NCBI GenBank assembly: GCA_018064565.1
Contig: JAGHVA010000052.1
Span: forward strand, 2,220-66,219
Source: Candidatus Colimorpha onthohippi
GTDB taxonomy: Bacteria > Bacteroidota > Bacteroidia > Bacteroidales > P3
Length of the DNA: 64,000 nucleotides
Reading direction: 5' to 3'
Numbering within the stretch: position 1 is the stretch's first letter; every line of letters begins with the position of its first letter. Shown piece after piece: positions 20,327 through 29,757 of the stretch. Both the position numbers and the translations under genes were made by a program. The notes below the pieces were generated by a model, which saw only the letters and a program-made list of their open reading frames with translations, made no database searches and had not been told where the DNA came from.

Positions 20327-21322
20327 ATGAACGAACCTGTCAATATTCAAGAGCTTAACGAACGCATAGGTCGCGAAAGCGCTTTTGTGGATGCCCTTAC
20401 GATGGAGCTGCGCAAAAACATTGTTGGTCAAAAGCACATGATAGAGAGTCTGCTCATCGGAATGCTTAGCAATGGTCATATCTTGCTGGAAGGCGTACCA
20501 GGGTTAGCAAAGACACTTACCATCACCACGCTTGCAAAGGCCATTGACGCCAAGTTCAGCCGTATTCAGTTCACTCCCGACTTGTTGCCTGCCGACCTAT
20601 TGGGTACGATGATTTATAGTCAGAAGAACGAGTCGTTCAATGTAAAAAAAGGTCCTATTTTCTCTAATTTCGTTTTGGCCGATGAGATTAACCGTGCGCC
20701 CGCCAAGGTACAGAGTGCATTGCTGGAGGCTATGCAGGAACGTCAAGTTACCATCGGAGATGAGACCTTCAAACTGGACGAGCCATTTTTGGTAATGGCA
20801 ACCCAGAACCCCATTGAGCAGGAGGGAACCTACCCATTGCCAGAGGCTCAAGTAGATCGTTTCATGCTGAAAGTGGTTATCAGTTACCCAAAGAAAGAGG
20901 AAGAACAGATTATCTTGCACCAGCAGATTGCTGGAGAGCACATCCGTCAACAAGCCATCTTGAAACCTGAAGACATCATGAAAGCCCGCATGGTAGTAAA
21001 GGATGTGTATATGGATGAGAAGATAGAGAGTTATATCACCGACATTATTTTCGCAACGCGGTTCCCCAGTCAATACGGATTGGACAAATTGCAGGGGCTA
21101 ATCAGTTATGGAGCATCACCCCGTGGCAGTATCAACTTGGCCTTGGCTGCCAAATCGTATGCGTTTATGAAACGTCGGGGATATGTGATACCCGAAGATG
21201 TACGCGCTATTGCCATGGATGTGTTGCGCCACCGTGTGGGGCTGACCTATGAGGCAGAAGCCGAAAATATTACCAGCGAAGAGGTTGTAAACGAGATTTT
21301 GAATAAGGTTGAAGTTCCCTGA
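20327..21322 (+). CDS. MoxR-family AAA+ ATPase (first gene of the bat cluster)
   Basis: Start trimmed to MNEPVNIQELNERI. Walker A is EGVPGLAKT, Walker B region is VLADEINRAPAKVQSALLEAMQE, and the C-terminal lid is MoxR-like. Confidence 0.92.
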   Translation: MNEPVNIQELNERIGRESAFVDALTMELRKNIVGQKHMIESLLIGMLSNGHILLEGVPGLAKTLTITTLAKAIDAKFSRIQFTPDLLPADLLGTMIYSQKNESFNVKKGPIFSNFVLADEINRAPAKVQSALLEAMQERQVTIGDETFKLDEPFLVMATQNPIEQEGTYPLPEAQVDRFMLKVVISYPKKEEEQIILHQQIAGEHIRQQAILKPEDIMKARMVVKDVYMDEKIESYITDIIFATRFPSQYGLDKLQGLISYGASPRGSINLALAAKSYAFMKRRGYVIPEDVRAIAMDVLRHRVGLTYEAEAENITSEEVVNEILNKVEVP

Positions 21323-21412
21323 TTGGTATAGTTTGTACCTATCGGCATAAAGGGGAGAGATAAAAGACTTTTGACGTTTTTTTGAAATACAACCGAATAA
21401 ATTGTACTTGCC

Positions 21413-22276
21413 TTGGACAACGATATTCTAAAAAAGGTAAAAAAGATAGAGATTAAAGCACGAGGGCTATCCCGACAACTTTTTTCTGGTGAATATCACA
21501 GTGCTTATAAGGGGCGTGGCATGGCATTCAGCGAGGTGCGCGAATATCAGTACGGCGACGATATACGCAACATCGATTGGAATGTAACCGCACGTCTCAA
21601 TCACCCTTACGTCAAAATTTTTGAAGAGGAGCGTGAACTCACTGTGATGTTGCTGGTCGATGTAAGTGGTAGCAACCGATTTGGAACGCATCACCAATTC
21701 AAAGAGGAATTGATAGCAGAGGTAGCAGCTACCTTGGCATTCAGCGCCATCTCTAACAACGACAAAGTAGGCCTCATTCTCTTCAGCAATCAGATAGAGA
21801 AATTTATTCCGCCCAAAAAAGGCAGCAGCCATATTCTACGCATCATCCGTGAGTTAATCACCTATGAACCCATCGGACGTGGGACTGATATCAGCGAGGC
21901 ACTACGCTATTTTACCAACGTGATACGCAAGCGGTGTACGGCATTTCTGCTAAGCGATTTCTACGACAACAACTACGCCGATGCGCTGAAAATTGCCGCA
22001 AAAAAACACGATTTGGCTGTGCTTCATGTGGTTGACCAGCGAGAACGCATGCTACCTGATATCGGACTGACTAAATTCTACGACCCCGAAAGCGGACAAA
22101 CTATGCTGGTTGATACTGGTAGCCGATTGGTTCGGCAGCACTATGCCGAAGCATACAGCCAACATGCGACCCTCCTAAACAACCTTCTGTCAAAGTATGG
22201 CATTGACCATACCGATATTTTTACTGGAGAGGATTTCGTAAAACCACTCATGGGGTTGTTTAAGATGCGGAGTTAG
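21413..22276 (+). CDS. DUF58-domain protein (MoxR partner)
   Basis: 287 aa ORF with a TTG start in the track. The signature VREYQYGDDIRNIDWNVTARLNHPYVKIFEEERELTVMLLVDVSGS is typical of DUF58. Confidence 0.85.
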   Translation: MDNDILKKVKKIEIKARGLSRQLFSGEYHSAYKGRGMAFSEVREYQYGDDIRNIDWNVTARLNHPYVKIFEEERELTVMLLVDVSGSNRFGTHHQFKEELIAEVAATLAFSAISNNDKVGLILFSNQIEKFIPPKKGSSHILRIIRELITYEPIGRGTDISEALRYFTNVIRKRCTAFLLSDFYDNNYADALKIAAKKHDLAVLHVVDQRERMLPDIGLTKFYDPESGQTMLVDTGSRLVRQHYAEAYSQHATLLNNLLSKYGIDHTDIFTGEDFVKPLMGLFKMRS

Positions 22277-22322
22277 CCAGCAGCTATCGCAACATAGATC
22301 CTAAAATCCTTTATTATTCTCC

Positions 22323-23201
22323 ATGCAACGTTTATTGTTTTTGTTCAGCATCTGTATGGCATTTGGCTCAATTAGTCAAGCCCAGATGCGTTATGCTTTG
22401 GATAGTGCCAGTATCCTGATGGGTGACCAAACCACACTGACCATCAGCCACACACAGGTGTACCCAAGTGCCGACCAGTTGACAAACAATGGTATTGTAG
22501 CTGTTGGGCAATGGTTTGACACAGTGGAAACGTCTGGCAAACAGGAGATTGTGCAGCGCACTGCTCTCACCAGTTTCGACACAGGCAGCCATTGGTTACA
22601 CATCACCGAGCAAGATTCTGTATTGCTGATGGTTCGGGACGTACCAAATGTTGACACCACCGCAGCAATTATGGACATCGCCGATATAATGAACGAACCC
22701 TATACTTTTTGGGAGATATTCCGTTGGATACTGCTTGGAATTGGCATCATAGTGCTGGTTGTCGCCGCCATTTATGTATTGCGACGTATCCGGAATAAGC
22801 AACCTATTATCCAACTACCCAAAGCCCCACCATTGCCACCACATGTCCAAGCGCTCAACGCATTGGAGGCGTTGCGGTTGCGACAGTTATGGCAACAAGG
22901 CAAAACAAAGGAGTATCATACAGAGTTGACCGATATACTACGACAATATCTGGCAGATGAGTTTCAGATTCAATCATCGGAGATGACTACCGACCAAACG
23001 CTGGACGCCATCGCTGATGCCCATGTTGGCGACAGCAACACCACAGCATTACTACAACGCATTCTGCAGACAGCCGACATGGTCAAATTTGCCAAGAGCG
23101 AGCCTCTACCTTACGAGCACGATAAGTCAATGAGTGATGCAGTGGAATGGGTCAACCTACTGAGCAAAGACAGTAACACCTCGGTCGATAATAATGTTTA
23201 A
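22323..23201 (+). CDS. Hypothetical membrane protein of the bat cluster (DUF4381-like position)
   Basis: 292 aa ORF with a signal peptide (MQRLLFLFSICMAFGSISQAQ) and one central TM helix (WILLGIGIIVLVVAAIYVL). It sits between the DUF58 gene and batA. Confidence 0.6.
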   Translation: MQRLLFLFSICMAFGSISQAQMRYALDSASILMGDQTTLTISHTQVYPSADQLTNNGIVAVGQWFDTVETSGKQEIVQRTALTSFDTGSHWLHITEQDSVLLMVRDVPNVDTTAAIMDIADIMNEPYTFWEIFRWILLGIGIIVLVVAAIYVLRRIRNKQPIIQLPKAPPLPPHVQALNALEALRLRQLWQQGKTKEYHTELTDILRQYLADEFQIQSSEMTTDQTLDAIADAHVGDSNTTALLQRILQTADMVKFAKSEPLPYEHDKSMSDAVEWVNLLSKDSNTSVDNNV

Positions 23202-23218
23202 CCGAACAGGAATAAAAT

Positions 23219-23315
23219 GGTTTCGATAAGCCGAGAGCAGACAAATTTGTTTGTATGCCGAGGCGAGAAAAAACGACTTGCCTGCTGACAGGCAGGTTCC
23301 AAATGGAGGTCATAA
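23219..23315 (-). repeat. Intergenic repeat family, copy C (inverted orientation; core at 23252-23269)
   Basis: Contains TGTATGCCGAGGCGAGAA, the reverse complement of the core, followed by the stem-loop CTTGCCTG-ctga-CAGGCAGG. It lies inside the bat operon between the membrane-protein gene and batA. Confidence 0.7.
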
Positions 23316-23376
23316 TCACCTCTTATTAGAATAATTCAGCACACAACAGCTGTTTTTGAAAAAACAAACATAACTG

Positions 23377-24366
23377 ATGTCTCTTACATTCGCACATCCT
23401 TGGGTATTATGGTTTTTGCTGATAGTACCAATTATGGTAGTTTGGTATTGGCTACGCTATCGGAAGCAGCATCCAGCCCTTCAGTCATCTACGTTGGCTC
23501 TATTTGATAGTCAATACAAGACATTGCGGCAGCGACTCATGCCGTTGCCTTACATCCTGCGGTGTATTGCAGTGGCCGCTATCGTGATTGCCTTGGCAAG
23601 GCCTCAAAGCAAGTTGAGCAAACAGGAGATGCGAGTAGAGGGTATCGACATCGTAATTGCGATGGACGTAAGCGGCAGTATGCTTGCCGAGGACTTCAGC
23701 CCCAATCGGCTGGAAGCCGCCAAAAAAATCGCCGCTGACTTCATCGAGGGACGCAACTCCGACCGCATGGGACTGGTTGTATTCTCAGCCGAAGCATTCA
23801 CACAAGTACCCCTCACCATCGACCATCACGTGTTGCTGCAACAGTTAGGCAAACTGAAAAGCGGCATGCTCAAAGATGGCACCGCCATCGGTGACGGGTT
23901 AGCCACAGCCATCAACCGCATTAAAAATAGCGAGGCCAAAAGCAAGGTCATCATCCTATTGACCGATGGCATGAACAACCAAGGATCGGTAGATCCTCAA
24001 AATGCGGCTGAGATAGCAGCTCTTTATGGCATACGGCTTTACACTATAGGCGTAGGGAAACGGGGGTCTGCCCCTTATCCTTTTCACGACCAATTCGGCC
24101 GAACCATCTACCAGAACATCCCCGTCGAAATCGATGAAAACCTGCTTACTCAAATGGCAACACAAACTCCCGATGGTCAGTATTTTCGAGCCACTGGCAA
24201 GAAGTCTCTAAAAGAGATCTTCAATCAAATAGACAAAATGGAAAAAAGTAAAGTGGATGTAACTCAATATGCCCAAACCAAAGACGAATACCTACCATGC
24301 CTGCTGATAGCCGCCGCAGCACTTCTTCTTGAACTACTATTGAGTGTGGTATATTTCAAGATGTGA
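23377..24366 (+). CDS. batA: VWA-domain protein BatA
   Basis: 329 aa ORF with N-terminal TM helices, the MIDAS motif MDVSGSMLAEDFSPNRLEAAK and a C-terminal TM helix. It occupies the position expected in a bat operon. Confidence 0.85.
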   Translation: MSLTFAHPWVLWFLLIVPIMVVWYWLRYRKQHPALQSSTLALFDSQYKTLRQRLMPLPYILRCIAVAAIVIALARPQSKLSKQEMRVEGIDIVIAMDVSGSMLAEDFSPNRLEAAKKIAADFIEGRNSDRMGLVVFSAEAFTQVPLTIDHHVLLQQLGKLKSGMLKDGTAIGDGLATAINRIKNSEAKSKVIILLTDGMNNQGSVDPQNAAEIAALYGIRLYTIGVGKRGSAPYPFHDQFGRTIYQNIPVEIDENLLTQMATQTPDGQYFRATGKKSLKEIFNQIDKMEKSKVDVTQYAQTKDEYLPCLLIAAAALLLELLLSVVYFKM

Positions 24367-24441
24367 TTCAAGGTATGTATTACGTAGCAATTGCGTAGCA
24401 CCCACCAAAAAAAATAATTCTACCAATAAAAAGACGCACCC

Positions 24442-25497
24442 ATGCTTCATTTTCAATATCCACAGCTGCTATGGCTGTTACTTATAATCCCGGTTCTGCT
24501 TGCCACATGGTTATGGCTGCAGCATGCCAAACGACAACAGTTGCTACGGTTTGCTGATGGCAGCATGTTCGGCCGGCTTATCCCCGATGCCTCATCTTGG
24601 CGCCCACTGCTAAAATTGATATTGGCATTGGTTGCCTTAGCATGTATTATCATCGCTATCGCAAATCCCCAGATGGGCAGCAAGATGGTAAAAGGAGAGC
24701 GACAAGGAAGCGACATCGCAATTTGTCTGGATATATCAAATAGCATGATGGCTGAAGACCTGCAGCCCAATCGGTTAGAGCGCGGCAAACGTGTGGTAAC
24801 CACACTGATGAACCAGATGACTGGCGACCGCGTAGCGCTCGTTGTTTTTGCTGGGAGCAGCTTCATCCAGATGCCTCTTACCAACGATTACAGCGCTTTG
24901 CGGCTGTTTTTGGACCAGATAGACTGCAACCTAATCAGCACACAAGGTACCGCCATTGGCGATGCTATCAACAAAGCTATGACAGCCTTCGGCTACGGAG
25001 ATCCTGACCGCGAATGGGCGAAAAACAAAGGGCGCTCGATAGTGGTAATCTCGGATGGCGAAAATTTTGAGGACGATGCCGTCGAGGCTGCTTCCGATGC
25101 TGCTGCCGAGGGAGTTATGGTATGTACCATTGGTATGGGATTGGCCGATGGTGTTCCTATCCCCAACTACAACACCTCTGGTGTCCGCACTGGCTATAAG
25201 CAAGACGCAGATGGAAATATCGTTACAACACATCTTGACGAGCAGACACTCTCTCAGATAGCACATGCAGGCAAGGGAGTGTACGTCCGGGCAGGTAGCG
25301 TAAACACAGGATTTGATGAGATTGTAGATGAAATACAAAAACTTGAGAAAGACAGCTACGGTGAGCAGATGTTTGCCGAATATGAAAGTCAATACCAATA
25401 TCCACTGGCTGCGGCTCTGGTATGCCTAATCGTTGAGATTAGTCTGTTCGCTCGCCGCAACCGCAAAATCAATTGGGATTGGATTATCAAACGATAA
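24442..25497 (+). CDS. batB: VWA-domain protein BatB
   Basis: 351 aa ORF with the MIDAS-like motif LDISNSMMAEDLQPNRLERGK, N- and C-terminal TM helices, and paralogy to BatA. Confidence 0.85.
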   Translation: MLHFQYPQLLWLLLIIPVLLATWLWLQHAKRQQLLRFADGSMFGRLIPDASSWRPLLKLILALVALACIIIAIANPQMGSKMVKGERQGSDIAICLDISNSMMAEDLQPNRLERGKRVVTTLMNQMTGDRVALVVFAGSSFIQMPLTNDYSALRLFLDQIDCNLISTQGTAIGDAINKAMTAFGYGDPDREWAKNKGRSIVVISDGENFEDDAVEAASDAAAEGVMVCTIGMGLADGVPIPNYNTSGVRTGYKQDADGNIVTTHLDEQTLSQIAHAGKGVYVRAGSVNTGFDEIVDEIQKLEKDSYGEQMFAEYESQYQYPLAAALVCLIVEISLFARRNRKINWDWIIKR

Positions 25498-25544
25498 CAC
25501 CACAAATCGCAAGCGGGTTAGCAAAATTATCTGCTTGCGATTCT

Positions 25545-25640
25545 TTGTACAATCGCCAGCAATAGCTGGCAGTCGTGTTCTCGCCTCGGCATACACCCTC
25601 TAATTCCGCCTTGCCAACAGGCAAGTTCGAATTATTAAAA
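25545..25640 (+). repeat. Intergenic repeat family, copy D (core TTCTCGCCTCGGCATACA at 25578-25595)
   Basis: An exact 18-nt core is flanked by the hairpins GCCAGC-aata-GCTGGC and CTTGCC-aaca-GGCAAG. It lies between batB and batC. Confidence 0.65.
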
Positions 25641-25663
25641 ACGTTCATAATCATACAACTGCA

Positions 25664-26449
25664 ATGAAAAATTATATTCTGATTTTGCTTCTTATTATTG
25701 GTTCTGCTTTGTGTGCACAAAACAAGGCTGTGAGGAGCAATCTGCGAGGAGGCAACAAAGCCTACAAAAAGTCACAATACGACAATGCACAGACCAATTA
25801 TCACAAAGCCCTGGCTACCGACAGCACATACTACAAAGCTCACTATAATTTAGGCAATACACTCTATCGACAAAAACAATACGAGGAGGCTGCTCAACAT
25901 TATGGTCAAGCACTGCAAATACCCGAACTCCCCAAAAAAGACTTATCCAAAATTCACCACAACAAAGGCAATAGCCACCTTCAGTGGGGACTAAGTCAGC
26001 ACCAAGAGGATTTGCAAGCTGCCATGCAACAGTACCAGCAAGCTGTAAACGAATATCAAGAGGCACTAAAGATTGACCCTAAAAACAACGACACCCGATA
26101 CAACTTAGCATACGCAAAGAAAATGCTTGCGCAAGCTCAGCAAGACCAACAAAACAACCAAAACCAACAAAATAACCAAAATAATCAAAATAATCAGAAT
26201 AATCAGAATAATCAGGACCAACAGAACAAACAAGACCAACAAGACAAGCAAAATCAGCAGAACCAACAAAACAAACAAGACCAACAAGACAAGCAAAATC
26301 AGCAGAACCGTCAAAACAAACAAGACCAACAAAAGAAAGATGCAGAACGGCTTCTGGAGGCTGTGAGCAACAACGAGAAGAAAACGATGAAAGATCAACA
26401 AAAGGAGGCTACCCCCATTCGGACAGGACGCATCGAAAAAGACTGGTAA
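25664..26449 (+). CDS. batC: TPR-repeat protein BatC with Q/N-rich low-complexity tail
   Basis: 261 aa ORF with a signal/TM N-terminus and TPR-like repeats (YYKAHYNLGNTLYRQKQYEEAAQHYGQAL; RYNLAYAKKML). A Q/N/K/D-rich tract follows. Confidence 0.8.
   Translation: MKNYILILLLIIGSALCAQNKAVRSNLRGGNKAYKKSQYDNAQTNYHKALATDSTYYKAHYNLGNTLYRQKQYEEAAQHYGQALQIPELPKKDLSKIHHNKGNSHLQWGLSQHQEDLQAAMQQYQQAVNEYQEALKIDPKNNDTRYNLAYAKKMLAQAQQDQQNNQNQQNNQNNQNNQNNQNNQDQQNKQDQQDKQNQQNQQNKQDQQDKQNQQNRQNKQDQQKKDAERLLEAVSNNEKKTMKDQQKEATPIRTGRIEKDW
26225..26335 (+). repeat. 45-nt in-frame tandem repeat (about 2.4 copies) inside batC, preceded by 9-nt AATAATCAG repeats
   Basis: AACAAACAAGACCAACAAGACAAGCAAAATCAGCAGAACC occurs at 26225-26264 and again at 26270-26309, with a partial third copy from 26315. 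AATAATCAG-type units lie at about 26176-26215. Confidence 0.8.
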
Positions 26450-26537
26450 TCAAACCCTCAACCACCATTCCACAAGTCCAACAAAATATTTGTAATGACC
26501 ACACTGCCAACAGCAGTAATAATAATTTCACTCTCTA

Positions 26538-28415
26538 ATGCGATATTATCTCTCTATCATTTTAGTGCTATTTGCCGTTACATTCAGGTTATCGGCTCAG
26601 CACATTCAGGTGCAAGCGCCCTCCAATGTATATGAGGGGCAACAATTTACCGTCCATTTTGTGGTAGATGCGCGCGCAAACAATTTTCGAGGACCTTCAT
26701 TCAAAGGGCTCTCCGTTCAGAGTGGTCCCAACCAAAGCAGCAGCTCGAGTGTGAGCATTATCAACGGGAATGTCTCAAAATCCGTAAGCAACACATTCAC
26801 TTACTTGATATTAGCCGATCAGCCTGGCACCTTTACCATAGGATCTGCAAGTTGCACTGCCGAAGGGAAACAACTATCAAGCGAACCCTTTACCATTCAC
26901 GTTGAGAAAGCCGACCCGCAACAGATAGCCCGACAACAGCAACAGCAACAAGCCCGACAACAGCAGCGGCGCAGCAGAGATCCTTTCGCTGCTTTGTTTG
27001 GCGACCCATGGGACGACGGGCAAGCCGCTCAGCAACAACAGCAACAACAGCCTGTTTCACTTGACAGCAAAACACTTTTTGCACGGGCTTCCATCAGCAA
27101 AAATAACCTCTATCAAGGAGAGCAAGCCATCATAACCTACAAGATTTACACACAGGTGCCTATCAGTCAGTACCAGATAGACAAATTACCAGGAAACAAA
27201 GGTTTTTGGGCTGAAGACCTCAGCGAGAATCAAATAATCAAACAATACGAGGAAACTATTGATGGCAAACGCTATCAGGTAGCCGAAATCAGACGCGGAG
27301 CTCTTTTTGCTCAAGAACACGGATCGCTTCGCATAGCTCCAATTGACCTCGACGTGCTGGCTATGGTGCAACGCCCCAGACGAAGGACTGGGTCAATATT
27401 TGACTTTTTTGACGATGCGTTCTTCAACCCCGCACAAGCGGTCGAGAAACACTTGACCAGTAACGCCATCAATGTCAATGTCAAGCCACTACCCGATGCT
27501 CCTGAAGGCTATAATGGAGCGGTCGGATCATTTCAAGCATCGGCAGAGACCAACACACAACAAGTCAAGGCTGGCGAGGCTATTACCTACAAACTCACCA
27601 TCAAAGGTAGCGGCAACTTGGTACTCATTACCGAGCCATCCATCAACTTCTCAAGTGCCTTTGAGGTGTACGACCCTCAGGTAAAAGACAATATCACCCA
27701 TTCTGATGCAGGGATAAGTGGCAGCCGCACCTACGAATGGATTATCATACCCCAAAGCGAGGGCGAATATGAGATACCAGCGTTCAACTTTTCCTATTTC
27801 GACCCCAAAACAGGCAAATATGTATCGCAACTGCTGCCTGCCATACCTATCAAAGTAGAGAAAGGCGATCCGAATGCGATGCACAACATGAGTTCATCCA
27901 AAAACAATGTATCGCTAATTGGGAATGACATCAATTATATCAAGACTGGAGCATGCTCTTGGAGCAAGCTTGACGAAACAACGCCTATCTGGTTTTGGAT
28001 TTCGCTGGCAGCCATCATCGTAACTACCATTAGCGTTGTTGTTGGCGGACGCAAACATCAAGAAGATTTAAAAGATATAGCTGGCATGCGCCAGAAACGT
28101 GCCACCCGCGAGGCTCGCAAACGCCTAAAAAAGGCAGCTTCATTTTTGTCAGATGGCAATGACAATCGTTTTTACGAAGAGATATACAAAGCCATCTGGG
28201 GCTGTCTTGCCGACCACTACAAGATTCCGCTATCCTCGCTGTCGTCAGACACTGTACGCGAGAGTATGGCATGCCACCAAGTACCCGCCGAGAAGCAAGA
28301 GAGTGTAATACAGACGCTTGCTAATGTTGACTATGCCCGATTCGCCCCCGGCGACAGCACCAGCCGAAAACAGCAGACCTACGATGAGGCACTCTCGCTA
28401 ATCAGCGCCATATAA
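26538..28415 (+). CDS. batD: BatD-family protein
   Basis: 625 aa ORF with a signal peptide, a Q-rich linker, a late TM helix (IWFWISLAAIIVTTISVVVGG) and a basic segment after it. Size and position match BatD. Confidence 0.8.
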   Translation: MRYYLSIILVLFAVTFRLSAQHIQVQAPSNVYEGQQFTVHFVVDARANNFRGPSFKGLSVQSGPNQSSSSSVSIINGNVSKSVSNTFTYLILADQPGTFTIGSASCTAEGKQLSSEPFTIHVEKADPQQIARQQQQQQARQQQRRSRDPFAALFGDPWDDGQAAQQQQQQQPVSLDSKTLFARASISKNNLYQGEQAIITYKIYTQVPISQYQIDKLPGNKGFWAEDLSENQIIKQYEETIDGKRYQVAEIRRGALFAQEHGSLRIAPIDLDVLAMVQRPRRRTGSIFDFFDDAFFNPAQAVEKHLTSNAINVNVKPLPDAPEGYNGAVGSFQASAETNTQQVKAGEAITYKLTIKGSGNLVLITEPSINFSSAFEVYDPQVKDNITHSDAGISGSRTYEWIIIPQSEGEYEIPAFNFSYFDPKTGKYVSQLLPAIPIKVEKGDPNAMHNMSSSKNNVSLIGNDINYIKTGACSWSKLDETTPIWFWISLAAIIVTTISVVVGGRKHQEDLKDIAGMRQKRATREARKRLKKAASFLSDGNDNRFYEEIYKAIWGCLADHYKIPLSSLSSDTVRESMACHQVPAEKQESVIQTLANVDYARFAPGDSTSRKQQTYDEALSLISAI

Positions 28416-28451
28416 ACATAATCACCCGTCAGACGATTCAACACCAATACC

Positions 28452-29213
28452 ATGCAATCCATATTCAAGACACTTATATGTTGCTCTTTGCTGGTTATGT
28501 CTTTCCAGTGGACAAATGGTCAGAACGACATCAAGCAACAAGCCGACAAAGCTTATCAATCCGCCAACTATTCGCAAGCGGCATCGCTTTATAGTCAACT
28601 CATCAACGAGGGCTACCATACACACGAGTTGTATTATAATCTGGGATGCGCCTATTTCCGCATGGACAAGTTAGGTCTGTCCATCCTAAATTTTGAACGC
28701 GCATTGCTTCTAAAACCTGCCGACCGCGACACCCGTGCCAACTTGATATTTGCCAATAGCCGCACACAAGACCAGATTACCCCCTTGCCGCAATTTTTCT
28801 TAACTCGCTGGTGGAACCAACTGGTAGGTGCATTTACCCCTCATACATGGCTATGGATAATGCTGGTAGTAGCATTGCTGCTGGGAACAGCAATCGCCAT
28901 CTTCATGCTTAGCATCGAAACTCGTACCCGTCGCATCATGTTGGGTATCTGTAGCCTAACAGCCATCATAGCCATCATTACAGCCGTATGCACCATTCAA
29001 TCCAACCAGCGGTTCCATGCACACAACAGCGCTATCGTCACGTCAAACACCGTAACCGTAAAAAGCGCTCCCGAGACCAACAGCACCGACCGACTTGTAC
29101 TGCACGAAGGCACTAAAGTGACTATCGATGAGGCGGTAGGCAGTTGGTACCGTATCGGTATTGCCGATGGCAACAACGGATGGGTAAACAGCTCCGAAAT
29201 CACACGAATATAA
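28452..29213 (+). CDS. batE: TPR plus SH3-like domain protein BatE
   Basis: 253 aa ORF with an N-terminal TPR (YNLGCAYFRMDKLGLSILNFERALLLKP), central TM helices and a C-terminal SH3b-like end (GSWYRIGIADGNNGWVNSSEI). Confidence 0.75.
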   Translation: MQSIFKTLICCSLLVMSFQWTNGQNDIKQQADKAYQSANYSQAASLYSQLINEGYHTHELYYNLGCAYFRMDKLGLSILNFERALLLKPADRDTRANLIFANSRTQDQITPLPQFFLTRWWNQLVGAFTPHTWLWIMLVVALLLGTAIAIFMLSIETRTRRIMLGICSLTAIIAIITAVCTIQSNQRFHAHNSAIVTSNTVTVKSAPETNSTDRLVLHEGTKVTIDEAVGSWYRIGIADGNNGWVNSSEITRI

Positions 29214-29227
29214 CTGTCGGCAGACTG

Positions 29228-29638
29228 ATGAACCACAGCGGAACAGTTGTTGCAGTAGCGCCTTGGCAAGTAAGTGTCGCGATTATCGTGGAGAGTGCCT
29301 GCGCACAATGCCATGCCCATGGAGCTTGCGGATTTGCCGAGAGCACATCGCGAACTATGGCTATCAAGACCAATGACTGGGAGCGCTATAAGGTAGGCGA
29401 CACCGTTATGGTGAGCATCAACCCCAAAAACGGTACAACAGCTGTGGCATACGCCTACATAATACCCGCTGCGCTGATGCTTATCGTATTCTTCTGCACA
29501 AACCCTTATTGGGGCGATTTATGGAGTACATTGCTAACCATTTTGACCTTGATTCTATATTGGTCAATACTCCGCATTTTTAGGAAGCACACGCAACGCA
29601 AATTCACCTTCTCAATCTCAAAAATTGAGACCTCATAA
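29228..29638 (+). CDS. RseC/MucC-family (SoxR-reducing system) small membrane protein
   Basis: Start trimmed to the ATG at 29228 (MNHSGTVVAV). There is a Cys cluster ESACAQCHAHGACGF followed by two TM helices. The track ORF from 29144 overlaps the batE 3-prime end and is probably over-extended. Confidence 0.65.
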   Translation: MNHSGTVVAVAPWQVSVAIIVESACAQCHAHGACGFAESTSRTMAIKTNDWERYKVGDTVMVSINPKNGTTAVAYAYIIPAALMLIVFFCTNPYWGDLWSTLLTILTLILYWSILRIFRKHTQRKFTFSISKIETS

Positions 29639-29714
29639 CACTACCAGTTCGCTCCCCAAACAACCAACTGCTAAAAAACTATCCACTTAAAGAATTATTA
29701 TTCTTTTTTTTTCG

Positions 29715-29722
29715 TATCTTTG
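29715..29722 (+). promoter_or_regulatory. Candidate -7 promoter box TATCTTTG
   Basis: Exact TAnnTTTG match preceded by a T-rich tract, 36 nt upstream of the ATG at 29758. Confidence 0.4.
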
Positions 29723-29757
29723 CAAGCCGTAATACATCTTAAAGCACCCTTACAATT

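Noticed and set aside
25600-25640. GTTCGAAT-containing stretch that might be a tRNA T-arm
   Set aside because: No acceptor stem, D-arm or anticodon arm can be folded around it. It is part of repeat copy D.
26105-26401. 98-aa minus-strand (L/V-rich) ORF and 79-aa plus-strand (K/T/N-rich) ORF over the batC repeat tract
   Set aside because: Both are artefacts of the CAA/AAC-type repeat, which is stop-free in several frames. The batC frame is continuous with the upstream TPR domain.
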